A stretch of DNA of 64,000 nt. Origin: Gemmatimonadales bacterium. GTDB taxonomy: Bacteria > Gemmatimonadota > Gemmatimonadetes > Gemmatimonadales > GWC2-71-9. Below the pieces are notes generated by a model, which was given only the letters and a program-made list of their open reading frames with translations, made no database searches and had not been told where the DNA came from. Numbering within the stretch: position 1 is the stretch's first letter; every line of letters starts with the position of its first letter. This document shows positions 1 to 8,471 of the stretch, piece by piece. Where the stretch lies: the NCBI GenBank assembly GCA_035519565.1, contig DATIWD010000136.1:5964-69963 (forward strand), in the 5' to 3' direction. Position numbers and translations under genes: made by a program.

Positions 1-311
1 TCGCCAGCACCCGCGAGCTCGACTCCGACGCGGTCGTCAAGGCCAGCCTCTTCGTGGACTCTCAGGAATCGGCGCTCAACGAGGCGGGTGACCTGCTGAT
101 TCCGATTCAGGAGGGCCGGGTGACCCAGGCGCACATCAAGGCGGAGCTTGGTGACGTGCTCATCGGACGACACCCGGGACGAACCTCGCCAGCCGAGATC
201 ACCCTGTTCAAGTCGCTGGGATTGGGGATCGAGGACGTCGCGGCGGCCCGCTACGTGGTCGAGGAGGCCAAGCGCACCGGGGCCGGCACCGAGGTGCCGC
301 TACTGACCTGA
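1..311 (+). CDS. ornithine cyclodeaminase / mu-crystallin family protein, C-terminal part (5' end is upstream of the window)
   Basis: The frame is open from the window edge. The tail ...EITLFKSLGLGIEDVAAARYVVEEA... resembles the conserved C-terminus of OCD/mu-crystallin enzymes. The tracked ORF 54..311 only begins at an internal GTG. Confidence 0.7.
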   Translation, partial: ASTRELDSDAVVKASLFVDSQESALNEAGDLLIPIQEGRVTQAHIKAELGDVLIGRHPGRTSPAEITLFKSLGLGIEDVAAARYVVEEAKRTGAGTEVPLLT

Positions 312-317
312 AGGGGG

Positions 318-1379
318 CTATCCGGCCCGGGTGACCTTGATGGCCCCCGGGGTTCCCGGCACCACCGATCCGATGATCGAGGCGGCAGGCGTCCCGACCG
401 CCGCCAACGTCGCGACCAGCCCGGAGACCTGGTCCTTGGGCACCGCGAGTAGCATGCCTCCCGAGGTTTGGGCGTCGGCCAGCAGCTGCCGCTCGGCGGT
501 GGAGATCCCACTCTCGAACGTCGTCTTGCTCGCCGCCTGAAGGTTTCGAGCGGTACCACCCGGCACTGCCCCTTTGGCGGCCAGCTCCAATGCATTCCGT
601 AGCCTGGGTATCCGATCGAAGCGCAGCTCGGCCGCGGCTCCGCTGGCCTCGAGCATCTGGGTCAGGTGTCCCAGCAGGCCGAACCCGGTGACGTCGGTGC
701 CGGCGGCCACCTCGTGCGCCAGCGCCGCTCTCGACGCATCACGGTTGAGGGTCGTCATGCACGTGATCGCCTCGGCCAGATCGGACTCGGCGATGAGATC
801 GCGCTTTCGGGCGGTGGTGAGAATGCCGGTCCCCAGCGGTTTGGTGAGCACCAGCTGGTCGCCGGGCCGCGCCGCCGCGTTGGTGAGCAGACGGTCGGGC
901 CGGGCCTCGCCGATCACCGCCATCCCGAACAGCGGCTCGAGCACGTCCACCGAATGGCCGCCCAGGACGAGGCAGCCGGCCTGCTTGCTGATCTCCAGGG
1001 CCCCGGCGATGACGTCTCCCAGGAGCTCGAAGGGGACCTTTTCCCGGGGCCAGCCCACCAGGTTGAGCGCGAAGAGTGGCTCGCCCCCCATCGCGTAGAC
1101 GTCGCTGATGGCGTTGGTGGCGGCGATCCTCCCCCAGGCGTTGGGGTCGTCCACGATCGGCGTGAAGAAATCGACGGTTGCCACCAGGGCGCGATCGGCG
1201 GTGAGCCGGAAGACCGCGGCATCGTCACGGGTGGCCGCATCCACCAGGACTCTAGCGTCGTCGATCCCCGGAAGATGCTGAAGCACCTTCGCCAGATCGG
1301 CGGGGCCGAGCTTGCAGGCGCAGCCGGCTCCATGGGAGAAGGCGGTCAGGCGAATGGGAGCTGCGGCGGTATCGGTCAT
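318..1379 (-). CDS. selD: selenide, water dikinase (selenophosphate synthetase), Cys-type
   Basis: N-terminal FSHGAGCACKLGP loop (Cys/Lys active site, Cys rather than Sec). PurM-like body with DVTGFGLLGH. The likely start is ATG 1379 (MTDTAAAPIRL); the tracked ORF extends to a TTG at 1400. Confidence 0.9.
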   Translation of the reverse strand: MTDTAAAPIRLTAFSHGAGCACKLGPADLAKVLQHLPGIDDARVLVDAATRDDAAVFRLTADRALVATVDFFTPIVDDPNAWGRIAATNAISDVYAMGGEPLFALNLVGWPREKVPFELLGDVIAGALEISKQAGCLVLGGHSVDVLEPLFGMAVIGEARPDRLLTNAAARPGDQLVLTKPLGTGILTTARKRDLIAESDLAEAITCMTTLNRDASRAALAHEVAAGTDVTGFGLLGHLTQMLEASGAAAELRFDRIPRLRNALELAAKGAVPGGTARNLQAASKTTFESGISTAERQLLADAQTSGGMLLAVPKDQVSGLVATLAAVGTPAASIIGSVVPGTPGAIKVTRAG

Positions 1380-1387
1380 GAGGTCAT

Positions 1388-1419
1388 CAACATGTTGCAA
1401 GTCTCTACTGAAGTATACT
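1388..1419. promoter_or_regulatory. two perfect palindromes in the 41-bp divergent selD / metal-transporter intergenic region (candidate operator)
   Basis: CAACATGTTG at 1388-1397 and AGTATACT at 1412-1419. This is the only AT-rich stretch between the two divergent start codons. Confidence 0.3.
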
Positions 1420-1420
1420 A

Positions 1421-2146
1421 GTGCCCATGGAATCGGTCCCCGTTACCCTGGTTACCGCCTTCACCCTCGGCTTTCTCCACGCCCTGGAAGTCGATCACAT
1501 GATCGCGGTCTCCACCTTCGTGAGCACCCGGCCCGTGCTTCGAAGCGCGGCGGAGTTTGGAGCCCGCTGGGGGGTCGGTCACTCGATCGCGGTCCTCCTC
1601 CTCGGTGGGATTCTCCTGGTCACCGGCGTCCGCTGGCCCGAGCGATACGATGGCATCGGCGAGCTGGCCGTGGGCCTCATGCTGATCGGCCTCGGTGTCT
1701 GGGCCTTTCGGGCCTCGCGCCGATTGCATATCCACTCCCCGGAGGAGCACGGAGGTCACCTGCACCTCCACGCCCATGGCTCTCATCCGGCGAGTCACGG
1801 GCATCCCCATGACTCGGATCACCCCGGCGCGACCCACCATCATCATGGACACGGGGTCACTCTGGTCGGGTTGCTGCACGGGTTTTCCGGGACCAGTGCC
1901 GTGGTTGCCCTGGTCCCCGTGGTGCTGATCCGTCAGATCGGCCTCGGGTTCGGCTATTTGGTGGCCTTCGGTGTGGGGGTCACGCTGGGGATGATGCTCT
2001 ACGCCATGATCGCCGCGCTAGCGATGCGCTACGCCGCGGAACGCTCGATATTGTGGGGCCGGCGGATCGGGATGGGGGTCGGGATCGCGGGCGTGCTGGT
2101 CGGCGCTGGATGGGTGGTGGGTGCCGTCACCGGCCTGATGGGCTGA
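1421..2146 (+). CDS. NiCoT/NicO-like metal (Ni/Co-type) transporter with His-rich loop
   Basis: Multi-TM protein. HX4DH motif (LHALEVDHM) in the first TM, as in NiCoT permeases. Central loop HIHSPEEHGGHLHLHAHGSHPASHGHPHDSDHPGATHHHHGHG. Confidence 0.6.
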   Translation: MPMESVPVTLVTAFTLGFLHALEVDHMIAVSTFVSTRPVLRSAAEFGARWGVGHSIAVLLLGGILLVTGVRWPERYDGIGELAVGLMLIGLGVWAFRASRRLHIHSPEEHGGHLHLHAHGSHPASHGHPHDSDHPGATHHHHGHGVTLVGLLHGFSGTSAVVALVPVVLIRQIGLGFGYLVAFGVGVTLGMMLYAMIAALAMRYAAERSILWGRRIGMGVGIAGVLVGAGWVVGAVTGLMG

Positions 2147-2155
2147 GACGCCCGG

Positions 2156-2536
2156 TCAGGGGATCGCCCACGCGAGCAATCCTCCGGCCACCAGAGTCCG
2201 AAACACGCCGAGTCCGATGCGGATCCATCGCGCCCGGGTAAGATCGAACGTGCCGGGGAGGGCACGGCCGTTGTAGGCGTCGTCCCGGAAACGCGCCGGG
2301 GCTTCGATCAGAAGACCCAGGAGCAGGAACAGCAGGACCCACCCGCCGTGTCCCAGGCTTGCAAACCAGAGCGCTGCGAACATGCTGAGGACCAGCGCCT
2401 CGACCAGGAGCAGCCGGAGCAGGCCCCGACGAGGCCCCGGCGTGGCCGCGGGGATGAGCCGAGCGGTTCCCATTTCCCAGACGATGAACCAGGCGGAGAC
2501 GACCAGCCAGGCCAGGGCCAACCGCGTCAGGGCCAC
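2156..2536 (-). CDS. hypothetical integral membrane protein
   Basis: 126-aa ORF with 3-4 hydrophobic helices, tightly packed downstream of the amidohydrolase gene on the same strand. Confidence 0.55.
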   Translation of the reverse strand: MALTRLALAWLVVSAWFIVWEMGTARLIPAATPGPRRGLLRLLLVEALVLSMFAALWFASLGHGGWVLLFLLLGLLIEAPARFRDDAYNGRALPGTFDLTRARWIRIGLGVFRTLVAGGLLAWAIP

Positions 2537-2541
2537 CGGGC

Positions 2542-3927
2542 CTACCAGCGGGCGCGAATCGAATCGGCCCGAAGCAGCAGTCCGCGTACCATCACGCGGT
2601 CGATCTTGCGGGTGTTCTCGATGTTTTCCAGCGGATTGGCCGTCAGGATCACCAGGTCGGCGACCTGGCCGGTGATCAGGGTCCCGATGGAATCGGCGCC
2701 CAGGAGCTGCGCCCCGTTCCGGGTGGCGGCCATGATCGCATCGCTGGGTGTGAGGCCGGCCTCGACCAGCAGCTTGAGCTCCTCGTGCTCGCTCAGGCCC
2801 GGAATCAGCATCTGGTTGGCCGCGTCGGTCCCCGCCGCGATCCGGCCCCCGGCTGCGACGAATTCCCGCAGGAAGAGGTCCTGGATCGGACGCGACTTCT
2901 TGAACGCGGCGTAGTCGGCGTCGGTCCAGCCGCCCCGGGCCTTGAGATCGGGCAGGTTCCAGCGGTTGATCTCCTCGGGCGGCACGATCTTGAGATTGGG
3001 GTCGAGCAGGATGCCGGGATCATCCAGCCGGCTATAGGTGTCGTGAAGCACCAGCGTAGGCACCAGGAACACCCGGGCTCGAGCCAGATCCTCCGCTACC
3101 CGCGCCAGCGACGCCGAATCCAGCCCGGCCCAGGCCCGCTCGCTGTAGTTCCACCCCTGGAAGAAACCGGCGCGGTGCGCCGCATAGAACTTGGAGGCGT
3201 CTTTGCTCGCCGCCTCGGGGACTCCGCTCATGTGCTCGATGGACCGGACGCCGAGTTTCGCCGCGGTGATGGCGTCCGTGAGTCCCAGGTGTGCCGCCAC
3301 CGGCACCCGGAAGGTCCCCGCTTCGTCCACGATGGCCCGGAGCAGCTGCGGCGTGATCCGGGTGTAGGTCTTGATGAAATCCACGCCGGCCAGGACCAGG
3401 GTGTCGACGGCGCGACGAGCCTCGTCTTCGCTCTCCACCTGTGCCGCGTCCTTGTAAGTCGCGGGCTTCCCGTCCAGCATGCTGCCGGCGATGTAGAGTC
3501 GCGGGGCGAGCATCCCGCCCAGGTTGACCCGGTCTCGGAGCGTGAGGATGGAGTCCCGCTGATTGTGGAGATCGCGAACGGTGGTGACGCCGAACGCCAG
3601 GTACCGCGGGAAGGTCCACCGGGCAGTATGCCCATGCGCGTCGATGAGGCCGGGGATGATCCATTGGCCGGAGACGTCCACCTCGACCGCGGTCTTGGGC
3701 AGCTGGAACTCGGCGTGCGGAACGATGTCCTCGATCCGGGTGCCGTGCACCAGGATGACCACGTCGTTGCGGGGCGCGCCGCCGGTCCCATCGATCAGGG
3801 TGGCTCCCACCAGCGCCACCCGATCCTTGGGCGTCGGCTTGCAGGCGGCCAGGACCAATGCCGCGCAGGTCAGCGCGTGCCAGGCTCTAGTCGGAAGAGG
3901 AATGGTCATGGAGGATCTTCCAACCAT
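2542..3927 (-). CDS. secreted amidohydrolase family protein (metal-dependent hydrolase)
   Basis: Signal/lipoprotein-like N-terminus (ALVLAACKP). GLIDAHGH metal-binding motif and a C-terminal DLVIL...NP motif typical of the amidohydrolase superfamily. The start may be the internal ATG at 3909. Confidence 0.8.
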   Translation of the reverse strand: MVGRSSMTIPLPTRAWHALTCAALVLAACKPTPKDRVALVGATLIDGTGGAPRNDVVILVHGTRIEDIVPHAEFQLPKTAVEVDVSGQWIIPGLIDAHGHTARWTFPRYLAFGVTTVRDLHNQRDSILTLRDRVNLGGMLAPRLYIAGSMLDGKPATYKDAAQVESEDEARRAVDTLVLAGVDFIKTYTRITPQLLRAIVDEAGTFRVPVAAHLGLTDAITAAKLGVRSIEHMSGVPEAASKDASKFYAAHRAGFFQGWNYSERAWAGLDSASLARVAEDLARARVFLVPTLVLHDTYSRLDDPGILLDPNLKIVPPEEINRWNLPDLKARGGWTDADYAAFKKSRPIQDLFLREFVAAGGRIAAGTDAANQMLIPGLSEHEELKLLVEAGLTPSDAIMAATRNGAQLLGADSIGTLITGQVADLVILTANPLENIENTRKIDRVMVRGLLLRADSIRARW

Positions 3928-4399
3928 CGGGTCGCTGCTCCATTACCAGCGTGAATGGCCCACTCGCGGTGGTCTGGCCCCCGCGAAAGAGAACAAAGCG
4001 GGCCGTGACCAGGGCCAGCGTTGGACTCAGCGGACGAGCGTCGACCTCTTCGAACCGCAGACTGTCGCGGACCGCCCCGGGAGCGAACCTCGGCGCGTAA
4101 TGCGCCCGAATGAAGTCCAGGCCTCGGTGGAGGTGTCCCTGCGCGAAGAAGGTGGGCAGGCTGTCCGGCGCGTAATCGCTGATGAAGCGCTCCAGGTCAC
4201 CGCGATTCCAGTCCTGGGCCGAGCGATTCAACTGAGCGACGATCACACCGGTGAGTGCCTGGCGGTCGGGAAGCGAGGCACGGTCGGAACCGGCCTGTGT
4301 GCATGCCGCCAATACGGCTGCGAAAATGAGCCAGGGTCGCGTCATGCAGGTTCCGTCGCAGGGCAGGTCAAAGCTGAGCAGGGCCTGCGGTGGACGCAA
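3887..4399 (-). CDS. DUF4440/SnoaL-like (NTF2 fold) lipoprotein
   Basis: Lipobox AAVLAAC. LNRSAQDWNRGDLERFISDY resembles the DUF4440 N-terminal helix. About 170 aa. Confidence 0.55.
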   Translation of the reverse strand: MRPPQALLSFDLPCDGTCMTRPWLIFAAVLAACTQAGSDRASLPDRQALTGVIVAQLNRSAQDWNRGDLERFISDYAPDSLPTFFAQGHLHRGLDFIRAHYAPRFAPGAVRDSLRFEEVDARPLSPTLALVTARFVLFRGGQTTASGPFTLVMEQRPDGWKILHDHSSSD

Positions 4400-4459
4400 G
4401 GCCTTGGTTGGCCCGCCGCCGCCGTCACACGCGGCGCCGAGCGTTGCCCCGAGCTGCTT

Positions 4460-5767
4460 TCAGGCCGATTGATGACGGGTCGCTGCGTCCTCGTCCGTGA
4501 GGGCAGCCCGAAGCCAGAAGAGCGCGGTCAGGAGAATCAGGGCCGTGAACGTCACGCTGGATCCCATCTCCATGCGTCCACCCATCGCGCCTCCCACCAG
4601 GTCATGAGCCGCGGTCAGACCCAAGGCGCCCGCCGCTACCAGCGCGACAAGGAGCTGGTGTCGAAGCCGCTTCGGAAATTCGGTTGCGCGGCAGGCCGCA
4701 AAGAGGACCGTGTAGGGGAACAACAGGGCGACGGCGTGATGCTTCCACGTCACGGTGCCGAAGAAACCCGCGACGATGAAGACCACGCCAAATTCGGTTG
4801 GCTGGACCCAGTCGGGGTCGGCCCGGTCATTCCGGAACAGGATCATGGCGATAACAGTCACTACGGCGATCGAGAGCAACCAGGCCATCTGGACGCTGGG
4901 TGCCCCGGACTTGGGGACGAGAACGGCCCCCGGCACCGAGAACGGGATGATCCCATGACCCAGGATCCGGTCCCACATCGCGAACACCGACTGATTGAAC
5001 TTCCCGACGTCCCAGCCTCTGCCCACGACCGCGACCCAACTCGACAGGTATTGGACGTAGCGGTTCCATCCGAAGACGATCGCGGGACTCAGCGTGAGCA
5101 GTGCGGTCCACATGGTCGTCCAGGCGGCATTGCGCCATTGCCGACGCCAGATGAAGTAGGGAATGAAGAGGACCGGCGTCACTTTGAGGGCAGCGGCCGC
5201 GCCGAGGGAAAGCCCTCCGGGAACCGGGCGACCGGAACGCAGAAGGTAGAGGCCGGTCAGCGCGAGAGCGAAGATGATGAGGTCGACCTGCGAGTATTCG
5301 AAGACCGCGCTCACGAAGGCCCCGGCCAGAATCAGCGGTACGACGATCTCGGGCGATGTGATAGTCAGCGCCGTCGTCGACACACCAAGGGTGAACGGAC
5401 GGTTGTAGACCATGCGGGCCAGGAGACCCAGCACGCCGACCAGTACGGCGTAGTTCAGGAGGAGCCAGGCCCCCTTGGCGAGGACCGGATTGGCCTTGGC
5501 CGAGGCGGCAAGGATGGCGCACAGAAAGCTGAAGACAGGAGGCCAGGTGTTAACGCCGGTCGGGGTGTCCGCGTAGATGTCCCGGCCCTCGAGAACCGCG
5601 TTGCCTACCTCGAGGTAATGGATGAAGTCCTCACTTCTCTTCAGCCAACTCACCAGGGCGGTCGCAGCCGCCAGGAGCAGCAGGACACGCAGACCGCGTT
5701 CCCAGCCCATGCGAGTGATCATCGCCGCCTCCTGGCTCCCGGGGGACTCCTGGGGACTGACAAACAA
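4460..5767 (-). CDS. polytopic membrane glycosyltransferase, GT87/DUF2029-like
   Basis: About 12 TM helices. Early loop GRDIYADTPTGVNTWPPVF resembles the conserved Y..YPP loop of DUF2029 mannosyltransferases. The exact start is uncertain. Confidence 0.6.
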   Translation of the reverse strand: MFVSPQESPGSQEAAMITRMGWERGLRVLLLLAAATALVSWLKRSEDFIHYLEVGNAVLEGRDIYADTPTGVNTWPPVFSFLCAILAASAKANPVLAKGAWLLLNYAVLVGVLGLLARMVYNRPFTLGVSTTALTITSPEIVVPLILAGAFVSAVFEYSQVDLIIFALALTGLYLLRSGRPVPGGLSLGAAAALKVTPVLFIPYFIWRRQWRNAAWTTMWTALLTLSPAIVFGWNRYVQYLSSWVAVVGRGWDVGKFNQSVFAMWDRILGHGIIPFSVPGAVLVPKSGAPSVQMAWLLSIAVVTVIAMILFRNDRADPDWVQPTEFGVVFIVAGFFGTVTWKHHAVALLFPYTVLFAACRATEFPKRLRHQLLVALVAAGALGLTAAHDLVGGAMGGRMEMGSSVTFTALILLTALFWLRAALTDEDAATRHQSA

Positions 5768-5812
5768 AGCGCCCCGGTTCCCCGGGGCGCTGATTGGTCA
5801 CGCCTCATTCGA

Positions 5813-6121
5813 TTAGCGGCGCTTCCGCGCGGACCTCTTCGCTTTGCGCACCGCCCGTTTCACTTTCCGCTTGACCCGGCGCACCACGCGGCGAACCTTC
5901 CGCTTCACGACTCTCTTCTTCCTCCGCGCCTTGACCTTCTTGGCCACCTTCTTGACGGCCTTGCGGACCTTTTTCGCCGGCGCCTTCGCGCGCGGGGCGG
6001 CGGAGGGTGTGGGCGAGACCGGAGTCGAGAAGGCAGGAGTCGGCTCGGGTTCGTGTGGCATCGGGGCGGGGTCCATCCAACCGGAACCGGACCAGCCCAT
6101 CTCCATATTTCTCTCGGCCAT
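5813..6121 (-). CDS. small Lys/Arg-rich basic protein (histone H1-like / nucleoid-associated candidate)
   Basis: Strong SD (GGAGGAAGCGACG-ATG). The C-terminal 55 aa is almost pure K/R/V/A repeats (AKKVRKAVKKVAKKVKARRKKRVVKRKVRRVVRRVKRKVKRAVRKAKRSARKRR). Confidence 0.6.
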   Translation of the reverse strand: MAERNMEMGWSGSGWMDPAPMPHEPEPTPAFSTPVSPTPSAAPRAKAPAKKVRKAVKKVAKKVKARRKKRVVKRKVRRVVRRVKRKVKRAVRKAKRSARKRR

Positions 6122-6372
6122 CGTCGCTTCCTCCGGGGGGCAATCACGGCGCGACCCGCCGCTGGTATCGAGGCGCTGGCGCGCCTTCTGGTCTCGACCG
6201 AGGCTAAGATGTACTGCGTGCTTCGCGAATGTGCAAGACGGCGTCGCGCTCGCGCGACTCGAACCACAATGTGATGGCGGGCGATACCATCGGGCCCGTC
6301 ACGACGCCGCGTGTCACGGTCGCCAACCACAGGCTAATACGTTGCCACACAACGAGTTAGAGAGGTAGATCG

Positions 6373-8430
6373 ATGCTTCACCCGGTGGTATGGTGGACCG
6401 CACTCTCGTTGCTGCTGGCGCCCGGGGATCCACCGCGCGCCGACGACTCGCCCGCAGACGGCGACTCACTCTACGGCTTCTCCATCGAGCGAGGCTGGCT
6501 GCGAATGAAAGACGGCGTCCGTCTCGCCGTCACATACTGGCGGCCCAAAGCACGCGGAAACGAGTCGTTCCCCGTTCTGCTGGAATACCTGCCGTACCGA
6601 AAGGACGATTCGTTCTACCGGCGTGACTATCCGCTCTACGCGTACTTCGTCCGCCGGGGGTTTCTCATGGCGAAGGTCGACGTCCGGGGGACCGGCGGCT
6701 CGGAAGGCGCGCTTCCCGAGCGCGAATACTCCAGGGTCGAGCTCGATGATGGTGTCGAGATCATTCGGCAGCTGGCGCGGATCCCCGGATCCAGCGGGGC
6801 GGTGGGGATGTGGGGGATCTCCTGGGGTGGCTTCAACGCGCTCCAGGTCGCGATGCGGCGTCCGCTGGAGCTTCGCGCCATTCTCGCTCTGCACGCCTCG
6901 GACGATCTCTACCACGACGACGTGCGTTACATCGATGGCGGACTCCACATTGATCCCTACACGCTGCAGATCGACCACGAAAACGGATTGCCGCGCACCC
7001 CGGATTACGCCCTCGACTCGGCCTACTTTCGCAACCGCTTCAACGCTTATCCCTGGGTGCTCACCTATCTCAAACAGCCGGTAGACGGGGATTTCTGGCG
7101 CCAGTCGGCCCCGATCTCCAACTACGACGCGATCAAGGTTCCCTGTTACCTGATCGGCGGCTTGCTGGATGGCTATCGCGACACGCCGCTGCGGCTGCTG
7201 GAGCGCCTCCAGGGTCCGGTCAAGGTCGAGATCGGCCCCTGGAATCATGCCTGGCCCGATAACGGGACACCGGGCCCGAACTACGAGTGGCGGCAGCGGG
7301 CGGTGCGCTGGTGGAATCATTGGCTTCGGGGGGAAGACACGGGACTTCTGGACGAGCCGCCTTTCATCGTCTTCGTGCGGGACGGTCATGGTCCCGACGC
7401 GAACCTGGCCATGACCCCGGGCCACTGGAGGCAGGGGTCGTGGCCGCTCCCCGGGGCCACGACCGCCGGCTGGTTGCTGGCTCCCGGCCACCGGTTGTCG
7501 GCCGATTCCAGCGCCGCCGGGGTCGACAGTCTCCGTTACCTCTCGGGCTTCGGCACCGTAGGCGGAGACTGGTGGGGTGAGCCCACCGGCGACATGCGGG
7601 CCGATGACGCAGGGAGCCTGGTGTATGACGGCGAACCGCTCCGCGAGCCGATGGTGCTGATCGGCACGGCCCGCGTGAGCCTCCGAGTCTCCGCCAGCGG
7701 GCCCCTGGCCAATTGGACCGCGCGGCTGGAAGACGTCGCTCCCGATGGGCCGGTCTCGCTGGTCACCGGGGCGGCGATCAACGGTACCCAGCGGGAATCC
7801 ACCCTGGCTCCCAAGCGGCTCGAGCCCGGCCGAGTCTACGACCTGGAGATTCCGCTCCACTTCACCACCTGGACTTTCCAGCCGGGTCACCGGATCCGCC
7901 TCGCCGTCTCCAACGCCCAGTTCCCCATGATCTGGCCGACGCCGTACCCGATGACCACTAGTCTTTGGCTGGGCACCGGCGCCACTCGACTGGAGCTTCC
8001 GGTGGTGACCGGAGATCCGGGGCCGCCCCCCGATCTCCCGGCTCCCGAGCCGCGCGAACACCGGCCCGACGCCCGAACCCTCGCGGGTGCGCCGCCCACC
8101 GTGAGCCGGGTGATCCTCGATCAGCTGGGGCGCACCACCGGGGTGGAGTACTCCGCCGGCGATCGCTTCACCATCGGCACTCGGCGCATCGACAACCAGG
8201 AGCGCGAGTACTACCAGACCAACGAAGTCGATCCGGCCGACTCCCGGTTCCTCGGCGAAGAGAGCCATCGGATCCAGCTGCCCAGCGGGCGCGTAACGCT
8301 CAAGACCACCATCGATATCCGCTCCGACTCCGCGGCCTTCCACGTGACGGTGACCCGCCGGATCTACCGGGACGATCGGCTCGTGCGAGAGCGCCGCTGG
8401 AAGGAATCGATTCCCCGGGAATTTCATTGA
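6373..8430 (+). CDS. CocE/NonD family hydrolase (X-Pro dipeptidyl-peptidase S15-like)
   Basis: Signal peptide. GISWGGF nucleophile elbow. YLPYRKDD and GPWNH segments typical of CocE/NonD. Large C-terminal beta-sandwich region. Confidence 0.85.
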   Translation: MLHPVVWWTALSLLLAPGDPPRADDSPADGDSLYGFSIERGWLRMKDGVRLAVTYWRPKARGNESFPVLLEYLPYRKDDSFYRRDYPLYAYFVRRGFLMAKVDVRGTGGSEGALPEREYSRVELDDGVEIIRQLARIPGSSGAVGMWGISWGGFNALQVAMRRPLELRAILALHASDDLYHDDVRYIDGGLHIDPYTLQIDHENGLPRTPDYALDSAYFRNRFNAYPWVLTYLKQPVDGDFWRQSAPISNYDAIKVPCYLIGGLLDGYRDTPLRLLERLQGPVKVEIGPWNHAWPDNGTPGPNYEWRQRAVRWWNHWLRGEDTGLLDEPPFIVFVRDGHGPDANLAMTPGHWRQGSWPLPGATTAGWLLAPGHRLSADSSAAGVDSLRYLSGFGTVGGDWWGEPTGDMRADDAGSLVYDGEPLREPMVLIGTARVSLRVSASGPLANWTARLEDVAPDGPVSLVTGAAINGTQRESTLAPKRLEPGRVYDLEIPLHFTTWTFQPGHRIRLAVSNAQFPMIWPTPYPMTTSLWLGTGATRLELPVVTGDPGPPPDLPAPEPREHRPDARTLAGAPPTVSRVILDQLGRTTGVEYSAGDRFTIGTRRIDNQEREYYQTNEVDPADSRFLGEESHRIQLPSGRVTLKTTIDIRSDSAAFHVTVTRRIYRDDRLVRERRWKESIPREFH

Positions 8431-8471
8431 CATTTCTGCGGGGCCTGACAACTTCCGAGAGTCGCCCGCAC

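Noticed and set aside
6245-6275. GCGCGACTCGAACC, which looks like the reverse complement of a tRNA T-arm, upstream of the basic-protein gene.
   Set aside because: No complementary T-stem, acceptor stem or anticodon arm can be drawn on either strand.
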